A stretch of DNA of 62,027 nucleotides, the filler included, from Sphacelaria rigidula (Eukaryota): the NCBI GenBank assembly GCA_964200075.2. It is 10 parts of 10 records of this genome, joined end to end, with 100 filler letters (N's around TTAATTAATTAA, not from the genome) between each part and the next. Parts side by side here need not be neighbours in the genome. Positions count along the whole stretch, not along the records: positions 31,068 to 37,179 come from CAXNAA020022143.1; positions 37,280 to 43,391 come from CAXNAA020022144.1; positions 43,492 to 49,603 come from CAXNAA020022145.1; positions 49,704 to 55,815 come from CAXNAA020022146.1; 6 more parts are not named here. The stretch is one strand, 5' to 3'. Numbering within the stretch: position 1 is the stretch's first letter; each line of letters begins with the position of its first letter. The position numbers and the translations under genes were made by a program. Under the pieces are notes generated by a model. The model ran no database searches and had not been told where the DNA came from. It worked only from the letters and a program-made list of their open reading frames with translations. Positions 36,807 through 50,040 of the stretch are shown here, in pieces.

Positions 36807-37108
36807 CACACGCGGCCATTTGGCTACACCCAAAAATGCCTCCGGAGGGGTGCGCGGCCCTCCAGAGGGAAAACAAGCCTCCGTACGCCTTCAAGCCCTC
36901 TGGAGGAAACCACACACTACCGACCTCGAGGGCCGCGCACCCCTCCGGCAAAAAAAAGCCCCCGGAGGCGTGTAATACCTCTGGAGGAAACAAACAAATC
37001 TCCTCTGGAGGGCCGCGCACCCCTCCGGAGGCGTTTCGTTCCTCTGGGGGCTCGAAACGTTTATCCACCTGAAGGAATTTTGGAGGTAGCCAAATGGCCG
37101 CGTGTGCA
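36807..37108. mobile_element. ~300-bp MITE-like element with TIR GCACACGCGGCCATTTGGCTAC and internal CCTCYRGAGG repeats
   Basis: Left GCACACGCGGCCATTTGGCTAC, right GTAGCCAAATGGCCGCGTGTGC. No clear TSD. Confidence 0.75.
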
Positions 37109-37130
37109 TTGTTGTCGTTGTCGTTGTCGT

Positions 37131-37179
<49 letters not shown>
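37109..37179. repeat. (GTT)n/(GTC)n microsatellite at the contig end
   Basis: Read directly from the sequence. Confidence 0.95.
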
Positions 37180-37279
37180 NNNNNNNNNNNNNNNNNNNNN
37201 NNNNNNNNNNNNNNNNNNNNNNNTTAATTAATTAANNNNNNNNNNNNNNNNNNNNNNNNNNNNNNNNNNNNNNNNNNNN

Positions 37280-37398
37280 CCAAGAGTGGGAATTCCCAGC
37301 TTCTTGTTGTGCTCGGCTTTCCCCATTTTGATTTACGTGAAGATCTTGCCTCCTAAAACCATGCACTTTTTTGGGGGGGGGCTATCGCAGAAAGTGTC
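37280..37398. mobile_element. MITE family S1, right part
   Basis: Matches 21490-21604; ends GGGGGGGGGCTATCGCAGAAAGTGTC. Confidence 0.88.
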
Positions 37399-40300
37399 GA
37401 ACTCTCTCGCCGCCGTGATCTTCGCGACCCTCCCTCGTCTGCCTTCGTTTGTATAGGACCACGTGCTTTACGTGCGCTTAGACCGCCATGCTTGTGGTAA
37501 CTACGCAGGATGAAGCGGGACCCATCGTATTCGGATCAGCCGTTGTAGGTACAGCATCCGGGTGCACATGGCTAGTATCGGTCCGGGATATTCCCCACGT
37601 CGTGCCGCTACAGGCCTCGGTGCAGGTCTTGACGAAGCTGCTGTAGCCGAAGGGAATTGTGATCTGCTTTGCGGGCGGTAGTATACATACATAACGACGG
37701 CGGCTTGAGAGCCCATGACGTGTGATAGTGCTCATTCTTGTGAATCAGTCGATCCACTGGCCACCGACAATGGTCAAAGAAAAGAACGCTACGTTTTAGA
37801 CGAAAGATCAGAAACGTGCCTGATGCGCGGTGCAGGCGCGGAAGCCAGGTCGGAAGCAGAAGAAAATTGAATGCATCGTTCTATTGGGGATATAAGATGT
37901 GTATTCCCGAGCACCGCGCCCAAGCAACATCTGGGAACTGTCATCATGTTGAACACCAACGTTATTAGATGAACTATTCAGTGCTTTGTACCAAGGCGCA
38001 AACGTCTTGCATCGACTCGAACGTCGAACCCCCATATAACAAGTGTCGATCGACCAATATGAATACATTGCTGAACAAACGTCGGCGTGTCAGTACCACT
38101 CTCTTAACACCAGTAAAAATGAAACTGAAGACGTCAAAAGGATCTGACTCGATGGAGCGATGCCCGATCTTAATCGAACTTGGCGAAGGAGGCCTCGATT
38201 GTAGAGAACATGAAAATAATCATTCGCGTTGCAGGAATGTTGCCATTGAAAAAATGCACGTGCCAATATGCAGTTCGTGCGCTTAACCTGACACCACAAG
38301 AATATGTTCGCTAGATGAGCCATGTAAGATATGTGAATAACGGCGTCACGCAACCAACTCCAATGTCAGCCCCGATTGAGTTCAGATTCCATGGGTCGGG
38401 TCACACCTGTCGCTGGTAAGTCAGCCACTCACCTCCGTGATGTATAGCGTCGAAAGCACATGAAGCATGAAAGAAATATCGTTCGCGTGTTCAATCTGCA
38501 CGGATTAGAAAGTTAGGGATGGGCGCATCATGTAGTTGTCATGACTCGTAGGTATGATTCCCGAAGGTAGATTATCCAGTGTATACACAGCTTCGCTCAC
38601 GTTTCGTTATCATGCATCGTTAAATCAGCTCCCACGAGTGGGCGATACTATGAAACCCCTTGTACTCGCTACTATACTATATAAGCGCGCTTCTTGTGAT
38701 GGGGTCGACCAACACGGTACGAGATACTCTCCTCGACTTGAGCGTTTTTCGTGTTACAATCGGGATGTACAGCCTGATCTCTTCTACAGGCATGCTGTCG
38801 CTCGCACCCCGCCCACATCGTTGTAACGCTCCTTCGCACTTTTATACCAGAGATTTTCGTTTGTCACCGTGATACGGGATGTATTTTACCCGGACGTCCG
38901 TTCATACTGTCTGCTTGTATCACTTCGCAGGTGAGTGCTCCTCGAACCACTCACACGTCGCGTTCCGCTCGCCGGGTTGACCGCTGCGTACCCAAGGATT
39001 GTCGTAGCCAACAGCACAAGCATCATGACCACGGTACACACCACGTTGCGTACGAAGACCCGTCTGTATACTACCATCGCCGACCTGTTGTGCACCTTCC
39101 CGATCACCACAAGTGGTTTCAGGAATAGCGCCAAAAGCACGGCGAACTGTGGCAAGTACAGAGAAAACGCGGGCGGTGGGGAGAATTCCTGAGGACCAGG
39201 CCGCAGGGACAGAGACAGCTGCACTGCAGTAAGAGCCTGTGCGATGTGGTGGCACAGGTGACGGGAGACACAACCATTCGAACGTGATATCGCTTGGCGA
39301 TATATCCTTGACGGGGACGGTGGTGGTTGAGGCAAACACAATTCCGTTCATTCGACCAAACAGTCTCGTTAAACCGATACCCCAGCTTGGGCGTCACAAG
39401 CACGTCGGGTCTCTGAGAAATGGCACGAGCATCCGCGATCATTTGCACGCGAGTACGGTTGGACGCACGAAAGTGGCAAAGCCAAATAAATTCGTCGAAA
39501 GGAAGTGTGGAAGACCCTTCACATTTGAAACAATTGTCGTCTGGACATTCTCTTCCTCATCACGATAGTGTACGCGGAGTGCGGTGCAAGATACGGGGAA
39601 TATTTGCATTGAGAACGCAAAGCAGAGGGCGTGCAGCGTATCGGAGGGCAGCAGGAGTGACATTGGCTGTTCTCGTCGTGGTAGCGAACGTTTGCCGTTG
39701 ATAGAGCCATTCGGCACGGACTTAAACTTAGCTGTTCGGTATCCGTGAACGGCAAAGTGGAACAGCTATCTAATGTCTAGCTGCCGCGGTGGTCCGCCTA
39801 TCTGCTACAAACTTCCTCAGGTAACGAACCGTGCGTGGACAAATAAACCATCATTATACACGGCGTTTAGGGGTGAACAAGTGAAATCCCTTCCAATTTG
39901 TTCGGGGTCAAGAGAATGACGTATTTGCTTTGTGCAGAACACACCTTCTGCGTCCGTTTCACGGGTGAAGAAGTAGAATCCCTTCAAACTTGTTACAGGT
40001 CAAGGGAATTGCGTATTTGCTCTGTTCAGAACGCATCGTTTCGTTTTGTACAGTAGCCGAGACGTTCACTGGGATGATGCAAGACCACGGTCAATTGGAC
40101 TCTCAGTACGGGCGCGACACTCCCAGGGCTCTACGTTTGCGTACCTGAAGCAGTAGAAGAATTTGGTTAAACAGATAGGTCTTGGAAAGGCGTCGCCGCC
40201 CGGCTGGCGTCATTTCCTCCGTGCCACTCATGCACTCGTTTCCCTATGAACACGAGCGAAAACGGCACGAGTCGTCGTCAAGGACACCGGTAGAACCGCA

Positions 40301-40555
40301 ACGTTGAGGAAATGTATGTAGCCGATGGAAAATCTCACAGTTTTTTACCTTGGACCAAGAAGTCGACCGCAATAACCGGCGCTCGCCGATCCCTGCCGAT
40401 TTGCGCATCGGCTTCAAACATTTGTTCGACGGAGTATAAACTGTTGTAATGTGTGGGAGGACTGCGTGCTTCTTGGGCCGCTTCGGAGTTCAAAACCCCC
40501 TAGGACGGACGAATTTCAAAACCAATCGGGCCGGTCCCTGCAGGGACCGCGCCGA

Positions 40556-40627
40556 TGCTCCGTCTCGAAAGGGATGCGTGGTTAGTGGTCAAACGACTTA
40601 GGCAAGCAACTGATGAGTACGCCCCCC
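40556..40627 (+). mobile_element. C-tailed LINE 3' fragment (subfamily I) abutting a telomere-like hexamer array
   Basis: TGCTCCGTCTCGAAAGGGATGCGTGGTTAGTGGTCAAACGACTTAGGCAAGCAACTGATGAGTACGCCCCCC is nearly identical to the reverse complement of 57341-57409. Confidence 0.88.
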
Positions 40628-40698
40628 TGACCGTAACACTGATACTAAAACGCTGATCCTGATCCTGACCCTGACCCTGACCCTGACCCTGACCCTAA
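40625..40698. repeat. Interstitial telomere-like (CCCTGA)n/CCCTAA array, degenerate
   Basis: CCCTGA CCGTAA CACTGA ... TCCTGA TCCTGA (CCCTGA)x4 CCCTAA. Confidence 0.8.
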
Positions 40699-41017
40699 CT
40701 GTAGGGGTGTTTAAACTCTGGCGCGGTTCAAAACGCACACCTTCCTCCCACGCTCACATTTCCGGTTACCAATCTGATCTTTCCAGTTACTGTTGTGTGC
40801 TGTGTCAGCATCCCACCTCGGTGAACGCGAAAAGCACGGGGACAGGAACCGGGCCGCGTTTTACTGCAGCAAGTGGCATGAGCGATGCGGAAATCAAACC
40901 GTTGGCGGTGCAGCCGTGACTCCCGCGCGTACATGGACTAGGATCTGCCCGCAGGCAGCATACGTTGCTCATTCACGATACCTGGCTAGTCGCACCTTCG
41001 TTCCCAGGGGGATGCCT

Positions 41018-41273
41018 GACACTTTTCACGATACTCCCCCCCAAAACCAGCCCAAACGTGTCACGAAAAAAATGGCCATACAGCGCCTAATGTTTGGGTT
41101 CAGGCTGCATGAAGCGCCTCATGCTGGCGACATTGGCTAGAACGAACCCAAACGTGCGAATTCCCAGCTGCTCGTTGTGCCAGGCTTTTCTCATTTCGAT
41201 TCAAGGGAAGAAATTTCCTCCCAAAACCATGCACTTTGTTTTGGGGGGGGGGGGGACTAGCGTAGAAAGTATC
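41018..41273. mobile_element. MITE family S1, uninterrupted copy
   Basis: GACACTTTTCACGATACTCCCCCCC ... GGGGGACTAGCGTAGAAAGTATC; flanks GCCT/CCCT (4-bp TSD with one mismatch). Confidence 0.88.
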
Positions 41274-42679
41274 CCCTTCAGAACACGCAGGTAAAATTTC
41301 ACTTTCCAACTCTTGAAACTAGCGTGCGAAATAGCTGCTACCAAAAAATGGGGTGTTTCATCCCGCGAATCAGTCTATAGGACAGCGCACGGGGTTCAAT
41401 TCCCATCAGATACTCATTCACCGAGCATTTGTTTCCTCACGAGTACAGTAGCACAACTTGAACACGATTTATTTACCCAATCGCGTTTGTTACCTTTATC
41501 CAAACGTCTGAGCGTCGACAGGAGTTGAAAAAGAAGCTCGTCCTGAGGACACATCCTCCAATTTTGTATCGTCGAAACGATACGGAGTAAAACTGAGCCC
41601 TAAAACTGTTTATTATATCCATCCTGGTCGATTCGATCGGGCGAAAATATCGAAGAGCGGGGACCAGGGACATAGGACTCCCAACGACTATTGAATCCGA
41701 ATACTGTTCAAAATCGCTCGTAATATATATATATATATAGTTTTCGAACTTGAAGTCGGGTACTCATGTCTCTCGATTCCCGTAGTTTGGGATCAAACAA
41801 GAGCCGTAGTAAGCCTCGGTGACCAAGAAGCCTGAAACACTTACTTTCGATTGAAAATGCTAAGTGTGAACTTGTACTACTACACCTGATTTTCGTCGTT
41901 GAAAACGAAAAGGGCTTGAGTGAGTGGAGTAGACGCGGTGCGAGATTGCTGACCCAACCCGCGGTACCAAAATGCGAGGCACTTACCGGGGGATAGTGGG
42001 GTTGATTCCTCATGTTGCGGAAACCTCTCGGGGAGTGAGAACCAGCGAGGAAAATGACAAAAGTGCAAAACACTGTGTACCGAACGTATTCCGACGACGA
42101 AATAAATATATAACGAGCGAGTGAAGGAGAAGGTGAGGTCGGGATGGTCGCCTCACGACACATATGTCGAGTATATACCTCGAGGTTGTCAGTGGTACCT
42201 CGTGCTTCAGCCTTGCCGAGATGCCTTTACGGGGACTGGAAGACACCGGAAAATCCCGGTTCAACCGAAAATACTTCCAAAGTCCCGAACACTGATAACC
42301 TTGGTCGTTTCGTGCGAGACACTCAGACGTAAGACATGACTCACCAATCAGTGAAAACGGCGTGAGGAAAGCGGCACTCCACGTTTCTAACCTTTGTCGA
42401 GGGAGAGTCCACCAGCGCCCAAAAAATGAAATTTGGTCCGTTTTTGCACGCGTATTCGAGCCATTGGGGACGAAGTTCCGCACACGAGTCGCTTGAGCCA
42501 AGTCCGGGGTCTTCCATGTGTGACAACATACTATTTCGCTCGTTTTCGGCTCGTTTTTTGTCATTGGTCTCCGAAAACATGCGAACACCAGCTCAAAACT
42601 TGTAAACATCAGCTGGGGAGGAGTACATGAGGAGGAATACATAGACCCTGGTTGCCCTGGGTTTATTTACGAACATATG

Positions 42680-43391
42680 CGCGAGATGTTGTTTCTCACT
42701 TCCAACAACGCCTCAGATGAAGGAGCGGAAGTGAAACTCTGTCGAGAGAGTAGGGCTTACAGAGGTCGGCACGCCCAAAGGCCGTTGGAACCGAATGAGG
42801 GGATGGGTGATCATACGCAGGCGACCTCGGGTGTTATTCGGGAACCCACATACGAAGAACGATTCTTGCAATTCCAAAACGTCGCGAGAAATGTACAAAA
42901 TAATACAGTTTGATCCGGGAATATTGTATGTACAATCACCGCGAGCACCAAGAAACCGATGAGGCCGGGCAAATGACGACACATCCAGACGCTGGCGTCC
43001 TCAGGCTTAGTTTAGAGAGGCCTATGTCACTCCTGTAAACGGCCGAGGAACGAAGGCAGAAGGGAAAATATCTGGGGATTGTATTTGTACACGGTTGACT
43101 TTCGAAAGAGCATCTCTATGCCAACAGTAAAAATATTACGACACATAACCCTCTCCTCATTGATTTCATGCAGGCGGCGAAACGTATCCCGCGGCGTTAT
43201 GCTCGATACATACAACGATGCGAGGTGCACGTCAAGTACAACAACAACGTGCGGCGTATGCACGAAGAAACGACCCGTATACTGCGACGAGATCGATTCG
43301 GAGGGTCACGCACACCGTGTTATGCGTGAGAGGACCGCGTGCTTGGAGGACTGCACCGTAGTTCAAAATACCTCAGGATCGACGTTTTTCA
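42680..43391 (+). pseudogene. Probable decayed N-terminal half of a Sola-like DNA transposase
   Basis: Fragmentary frames give GMGDHTQ, LYLYTVDF...SLISC, TCGVC and HAHRVMRERTACLEDC. These recall the GD.MP / Y..Y / D.C..C / H...v..ER..Y pattern of Sola-type transposases; recognition by eye only. Confidence 0.4.
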
Positions 43392-43491
43392 NNNNNNNNN
43401 NNNNNNNNNNNNNNNNNNNNNNNNNNNNNNNNNNNTTAATTAATTAANNNNNNNNNNNNNNNNNNNNNNNNNNNNNNNNNNNNNNNNNNNN

Positions 43492-43760
43492 TCCTCGGAA
43501 TGAGTCCGTGGTCTCGAGGGATCAACTCACCTCTCCCCCGGTACGCGCCTTTCGTTTCGCTCTTGCGGATTGGGTCAGCACTTCCGCACCGCGTCAACCC
43601 ACGTCACACAAACCCAGTCGGCTAAAATTGTTTACCCACGTACTCACCTTTTCAACGGTGGAAATCGTACATAACGAAGAAAAAACCCAACCAATCGGGA
43701 TCGAACCCCCGTTCTCTCCGCCCCAATGGCAACAGTCCGATCAATACATCACCGGGGCGC
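43492..43760 (-). mobile_element. tRNA-derived SINE family B
   Basis: Reverse complement of 29853-30100, with B box GGGGGTTCGATCCC. Confidence 0.82.
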
Positions 43761-46700
43761 TAGAAGCAAATATTTCCGTGATGTGTCGGGAGCGGTTTAG
43801 AACGAAGGCAATATAAAACTGAGGATGCACCTAATGCCCCCCAATCTTGGCCCCCGAAAAGTACTGGGAAAAAGAATTTGCTTTGACGACGTTACTGTAA
43901 GAATACACAACGCCGAAAGAACCGGAGCCCAAAACGAGAAGCAACGACGCTGCTAAAAGGTCACAGAGACTGACGGAAGCTGACGTGGATGATGTCGGAT
44001 CTGACGAAGTTCGTCACGTCCCGAGTGTAGACATCTGGTTTTGGAACGCAGCACGGTATCAAGAAGGTAGACAAGGGGAAGGCAAAGGAACGAAGAGACG
44101 TGAACAAGCGTGCAGGCTGAAGATTGCACTGAGGCATGTTGGAAGGAATAAAGAAAGAAAAGTCTGGTACCGACAAGCGCAATCACTGAAGGTGTGAGAG
44201 GGCAGGATGAAAAGAAGACTACACATAGTTGAGAGGGAGTTGAACAGGGACAAGGAATGGCCACTTGTGGCACTTACCGTCAGCGGCGGTTTAGCTTCCA
44301 GCTCCGCTCCTGGTGGCCGTGGGTCGGCTACCTTGTCGGGTCGTACTGTTTTTCTTCTTTTCGAGGGGGGGTGATATCTTAGTTGGTGGCATGACGGATT
44401 GGTTCCCGTGAGGGAGCAAGGAGTTATCACTGACCCACGGTGCTTTTCGCGGTGTCGAATCGTCGTTTCTTGACGCATATGACGCTTTCTCCTTCAACAA
44501 GTGCCGTTGGAAGTCAGACAGGAGCGTGGCCCGCGTGTCGTAGAAACAGAGATCACACCTTATGAAAGCTGGTTCGCCATCCCCCGCCAAGAGACCATAG
44601 AGTGTTTTTTGGGACAGGGTTGCTGTACACTCGTAACGCGGATGAGTGCACTCCTCGGCCGCTTTTACGAGGGTTTCTACGCACGCGCGGCCGTCCGCGT
44701 GGGCGTATACCCTGTCTTTACCGCCGGTAGGATCGGACATGCGGTGGTACGGGGTGCTGACCCCGATCTCGCCGCCACACGGTAAGCAGAGGAAGGGCAG
44801 CTGTTTTCTGGAGCCCTTGGGGACTGGTTTGGTATCTTGCGAGACAGAGATGTGGGGGTTGCAGGTGGAGCACCTGTCAATGCCGAACGAGTTAGGAGGA
44901 GGACGAAGCGACGGTTGCGGAAAGGTCAGCGAGAAAATAGTACGGAAGGAAAGATAGTTGTACTGTGAGCGAATGCGCGACGAACGGGTGTTGAAAGCAA
45001 CGATGTCGAATAGGTTGAAAAGGGAGGAAGCGCGATAAGAAGTTGCCTTCGGTTATCAGGATACTTCTCGATGAATCTGCACTGAGGAAACCACGGCCTC
45101 CACGTAAGTGTGGTATTCTGTACAAGCAAGTCTAGCATGTAGGAGTGTATTATCAAAAAGAAGGTGGGAGGTCCCCTCCTAGCGTCCCGTTCCTAATGTG
45201 TGTCGAATCGTGGGCTTGCAATGGTTGGCGCCAACTCCGGTGGGAAAACACACCGAAAGCGTCGAAGAAATGGGCTGGGGAGTGAGCCAGGTCAAATTCT
45301 ATATCTCCATTGGTATTATTGGTGTTCAACTGGAAATGGGTACGAGAGCGCTAGTTGTCCAGTTCATGTGGAGGTGTTGCGCCGCTTGTCTATACCGAGT
45401 AATTTCTAAATAGTTCAATTATGGGGAGTTTATAAGAAAGAAACCCTGTGTACGATTAGACTGTAAGGTTGAAGTCAGCAGTCTACAGCAGTTCAGGTCC
45501 CACAAACGTCGGTAGTACCCGGTTGTTCGGTATTTCTTTTTTTTATCGCCGACATCGGGTCGGTCAAAGGCTGGTCAGTCGAGTGAGATAAACGAAGAAA
45601 TGAAGAGGTGGGTCTCAGTTACGGTGAGACGCTTGGTGCTGAAGTGCCGAACTCCATACCCCAATTCACAATTGCATGAAGATCGATGTGAATGTGAAGC
45701 AGGAGATACTCACAATACGTCGAAGTCATGTAGCAGGTATGTACCTCATCCGAAGAAAACAAAATCCGGTAACGGTCGATCACAAAACACACAAGCGTTC
45801 TATCGAATAAGCTGCGGTGAGAACCTGTTTACTTCAATTGCCCGAGGTACTGCCAGGGTGTGGCATGTTTGTTCCGATCCCCAGGTCCCCAAGAAGAGGG
45901 TCTGCTGCTGGATGGTGTAGAGAAATGATGTCCGAATCGCTACTACATACCGAAGACATGTTAGAGTAGTACGAGGCTCGTATCAGCTCGCAGTGAATGG
46001 TTACATTATTCACAACCAATTACGGTTACCGCAGGAAAAAAGGGGCAGACACGGGAAACATTCTGACTTGGGCGACGCTCCTGAGCGGGACCCCCTACCA
46101 GCCGGGAGGGACAATTAGCTGGAAAAGGTGGATGGAGTGGCAACTGGCGCGGCAAGTGTTGACGGAACTGAACAAAGCTGATTGTTCACAGCCCCGATAA
46201 TGATTTGAGTTTTTGGAGCGTCAAGGTGCATTGGGTAGGGTACGAGAGTTTTCGTTGATCATACAGGAGTAGGGAGTACCGATAAAAAAGCGCTCGGAGG
46301 CCACGGAACTTGTCGGGTAGGGATAGGAGGCTGACAGAGAATCCACTGGTGGTCTTGTGATGAAAAAGGGTTGAATAGAAGATAGAACACGCACCCGGAT
46401 ATTTGTACAAGGGTGTAGGGTTAAACTGTGTGTACAGAGAGAACAGAACTATCTTGGAAGGGTATGGTGTATCACAACAGTCACGCAACTGTCGTGGACC
46501 GATAGATAGGACAGTCTTCGACAAGTCACAGAACTGCCGAGGGATTAGGAAAGCGTTACTGAAGTCAAAGATGTGTCGAGTAGGGGTGTGCAAGTGACAC
46601 TGCAGTCATAGAGCTATCAAGTTGGGCAACGAAAGCCTCACAGATTTCACTAGAAAAATCGGGTAGGCCAACCACAGTCCAAGAGCAGCTACAGAACTGT

Positions 46701-47799
46701 CGGTTACGGGGATGAAAGTTTTCCAGAAGTCACCGAAGTGTCTTATAGGGATAATATCTGTAAAGAACCCATGTATGCAACAAACCGGCCCCCATACGAG
46801 ATAGGGTTGGGCACCATAGACCGATGCCCTGCAAATTGATACCGATGGCGGCGCAGATGAAGGCCCCCCAGTGGGTCCGATACCTGTTGATTATCATGTT
46901 TCGCTTTCCCTTTCAACTCGTACCCTGTAACCCGTCTGTTCCCCGAACAGGAAAAAGTATCTTGAAGGGTGTACGGAGTTGAATACCAAGGGGTGTTAGA
47001 TGGATGGAGGTTGGGGAACAAGTGCGAGTTTTCAGAACAAAGGTAGGGATTGAGTTTAAATCTTCACCCCTCCAGGGTAATACCCGCACTCTGCCTGCAT
47101 CGCATATACGCACAAGGGTATATATGTTGAATCCGGGCCGGGATTACGGGAGGCTCACAGACCTTGCAGCGTTGTCGACCAGGGGTATGAGGCAGTTTCA
47201 GATAAATAACAAACTGGCGAGTAAAGTTGCGAAAGGTCTTACACAGCCTCTGCGTACCGGTTTGATAGGTTTACGCGGTTGAAAGAACTGGGCAAAAGAC
47301 AGCAGGAGCCAATCGCCCCGGCGAAGACGCGATTTTCTTGTTTTGCCACATCATGCCGACAAGGTGTAGGTTCGTTTGAACCATACGTCGGACGACAAAA
47401 CACACAGCTTGTTGACAGACCTGATGGCAGCACGCCGGAATTTGTGTTTCAGTGCGGAGCGATGGCACGATAAGCTGCGTCTTGCCGTTGATCCCAGTAA
47501 AGGAAAACAGCGCACATGCATACCGGCTCTGCAAGCAATAGGCTGCAGGGTCAAACTCAGTTACCGATTCCCCGGGATAATTCCCACACATATGACAAAT
47601 ATTGACATGTTCATAAAACGTATCTTGCGTAGCGAGAGAAGAGCAGACCTAAATCTCAAATGTTGCGTCGTCAAACTCGATCCACCCACGGGGGTGTCGT
47701 TGTCGATCAAGGGTGTGATGGACTTACAGAACATACAAAACTGTCGGGTGCCGGTATAAAGTTTCACAGGGGTGACAGGATCGAGGAACACACAGCAGT

Positions 47800-48080
47800 A
47801 GCCGGTCGCCCCGGTGGCTTAGATGGTAACCTCGAAACCTTCTGACGGTTAAAGGACGTGGGTTCAAATCTCGGGAAGATCTGGGATTTTCTCCCACACC
47901 ATGCCCAACAGTGAAGAGCGACTATGTCGTGAGTAAACACAGTTCGACTTCACGGTCGACGAGGGAAGGGACCGCTGGACCCTTCTCTCGGTAAAAAAAT
48001 AGGCAAGCACCGCAGAAGGAAGGTGGGATGCTCAAAAATATTTGAAAAGAAAAAACCCCTGTGTTAGACTTCCTCTGTGC
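47800..48080 (+). mobile_element. SINE family A, 3'-truncated
   Basis: AGCCGGTCGCCCCGGTGGCTTAGATGG...GGGTTCAAATCTC head plus body. Confidence 0.85.
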
Positions 48081-48557
48081 GAAAAAAAGTGTTTTCAGGG
48101 CCTGTCTTAGCACTTTTCTTTTCGATCGAAAAGTTCTCGTTTTGATGCAGTTGGATCCGGATGGATCTTAAAGCTTTCGATCGAAGAGAGACAGTGAAAA
48201 TCGTGAAACGGTACATGGTCACTCGTGTACAGTACAGACAGTCTGTACTGTCTGCACTGCTTGCAAGCAGGGTGTCTTGAGTGCGTGTGTGCATGTTTCG
48301 TACAGGAGGATATAAACGAGAAGCGGGCAACGTGCAGTGCAGACTGCCCAGGACTATGAATTTTATCTGCTTACAATGCGACGTGAAAAGGACTTCATTC
48401 AGCAACGTGCAGCTTTGTACTGCCTGCTGCACTATCCATGAGCGTACACGCAACTTGGTCTGCAGTTCACAGCGATATGTTCAAGTCGAGCTGATTTGGT
48501 ACACTTGAGGAGTTAGGGTTGGAGATGCAAATGCGGCACTCTTTGCTGGCCCAGCCT

Positions 48558-48853
48558 GCACGGTCGACGAGGGAAAGGGACTGCTGAACCCATCTCGCGA
48601 TAAAAAATAAAGGCAAGCATCGCAGAAGCTAGGTGGAGTATGAAGGGCTAGGTGGAGTACTGAAAACAAACAAAAAACAAAACACTCCTGTGTTGACCTT
48701 CCTCCTATGTGACCCCGGCTGATGCGCCCACATATACCGAAGGGTGTAGACCGGCGTCCAGAATAGATAGGACGACAACGCACACACTACACGAAGTTCG
48801 AACATATGTGCCTTGAAACCAACCCCCAGAATAGATGGGACGACAACATACAC
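48558..48853 (+). mobile_element. SINE family A, 5'-truncated copy (48558-48790) plus an extra 3'-tail fragment (48826-48853)
   Basis: CACGGTCGACGAGGGAAAGGG...CCAGAATAGATAGGACGACAAC, followed by a second CCAGAATAGATGGGACGACAAC. Confidence 0.82.
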
Positions 48854-49510
48854 AGGCTGTAGTGCAGCATAAAATTACCATCGCACCAGGATACGGCGTC
48901 AACACTTCTTATCCGCTTGTCAAACCCCGTGCGAAGCGCAGCTCTGCAAGCACAGACAGTTCAGCAGTGCAAGGTCGCACCTGCACAGTCTTCATTTGTC
49001 ACCGTGGAAGCCGAGATACGTCTCCACCGCCCGCGGACGTTGCGACCAGAAGCGCCCGTACGTTCACCGCTTGTCGACAGGCGACACACGGGGAGTAGTT
49101 CGAATCAATCAGATCACGTACTTTCACACCCTTCCCTTCTCAGCCACGGACGGCGTCGGCATGCACAAGCAAAGACAAAGAAGAAAGCAGCGATGAAGCT
49201 AAACCTTCTTGAGGGCTTTTAAAGTGATTCGGAGAGCCGGTTGCTGCGTGTGATGCCTCCAACCTCCAAACGTGCCTCGTTTGAGTTGCGACAGTCAAGT
49301 CTGAATAGTTGAATCAAGACCAGCGCTGGTCAAAAGGGGTCAAGCTGGGCTGTTCTCGAGACCGCTCACAGACAGAAGCGAAACACAACGCCATGAGCAC
49401 CAATGAAGCTGAAACTTGTTGACGGCATCTCGATTGATGTTAGAAGAGTGATGGTATGGTTTCTTCGCGCCGCGCGGCTTCGAATCCATTCGAGGAAAAA
49501 AAGTGCGTGG

Positions 49511-49603
49511 GAGTCATCCTACGATAGGGGGGGGGGTATTTTGGGCCATTTGTTGCTCGAAATTCCGAGTCAGGTCGTCGTTGAACGCCGCAACGGGTGG
49601 TCG
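49511..49603. mobile_element. MITE family S2 terminus, cut by the contig end
   Basis: GAGTCATCCTACGATAGGGGGGGGGG; continues as the reverse complement of 29735-29807. Confidence 0.85.
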
Positions 49604-50040
49604 NNNNNNNNNNNNNNNNNNNNNNNNNNNNNNNNNNNNNNNNNNNNTTAATTAATTAANNNNNNNNNNNNNNNNNNNNNNNNNNNNNNNNNNNNNNNNN
49701 NNNTACACACCATGGAAGGGATACGGCGATTTCCACCGTAATCCAGCGGTGACTATTATTCATACCACACGAGCGTCGAGCGCGTGTCGTTTCGCGTACG
49801 TTCCAAAACTCAAACACATCTGGCCTTTTCTTTACAGTGGAGTTGCCGAAGATCGGTTTTGTCCACTGACTCTTAGATGCCTCCACAAGTTCCCACGTAG
49901 CTCCAACTACGACGCTGCGCATTGTACAGCACTGCCGAAAGTGTGCCGCGGTCGCGCCACACGAAACTGTTACACGTCAACAACAGTCCGGACCCTCTGG
50001 ATATCGACAAGTGTATCTGCGTTTTTTAGCATGTACTCAC

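Noticed and set aside
39871..40040. Two-copy tandem duplications (~92 bp here; 55 bp at 14323-14430; 21 bp at 61853-61893; 20 bp at 27019-27054; loose repeats at 46430-46745)
   Set aside because: These are ordinary local duplications with no further structure.
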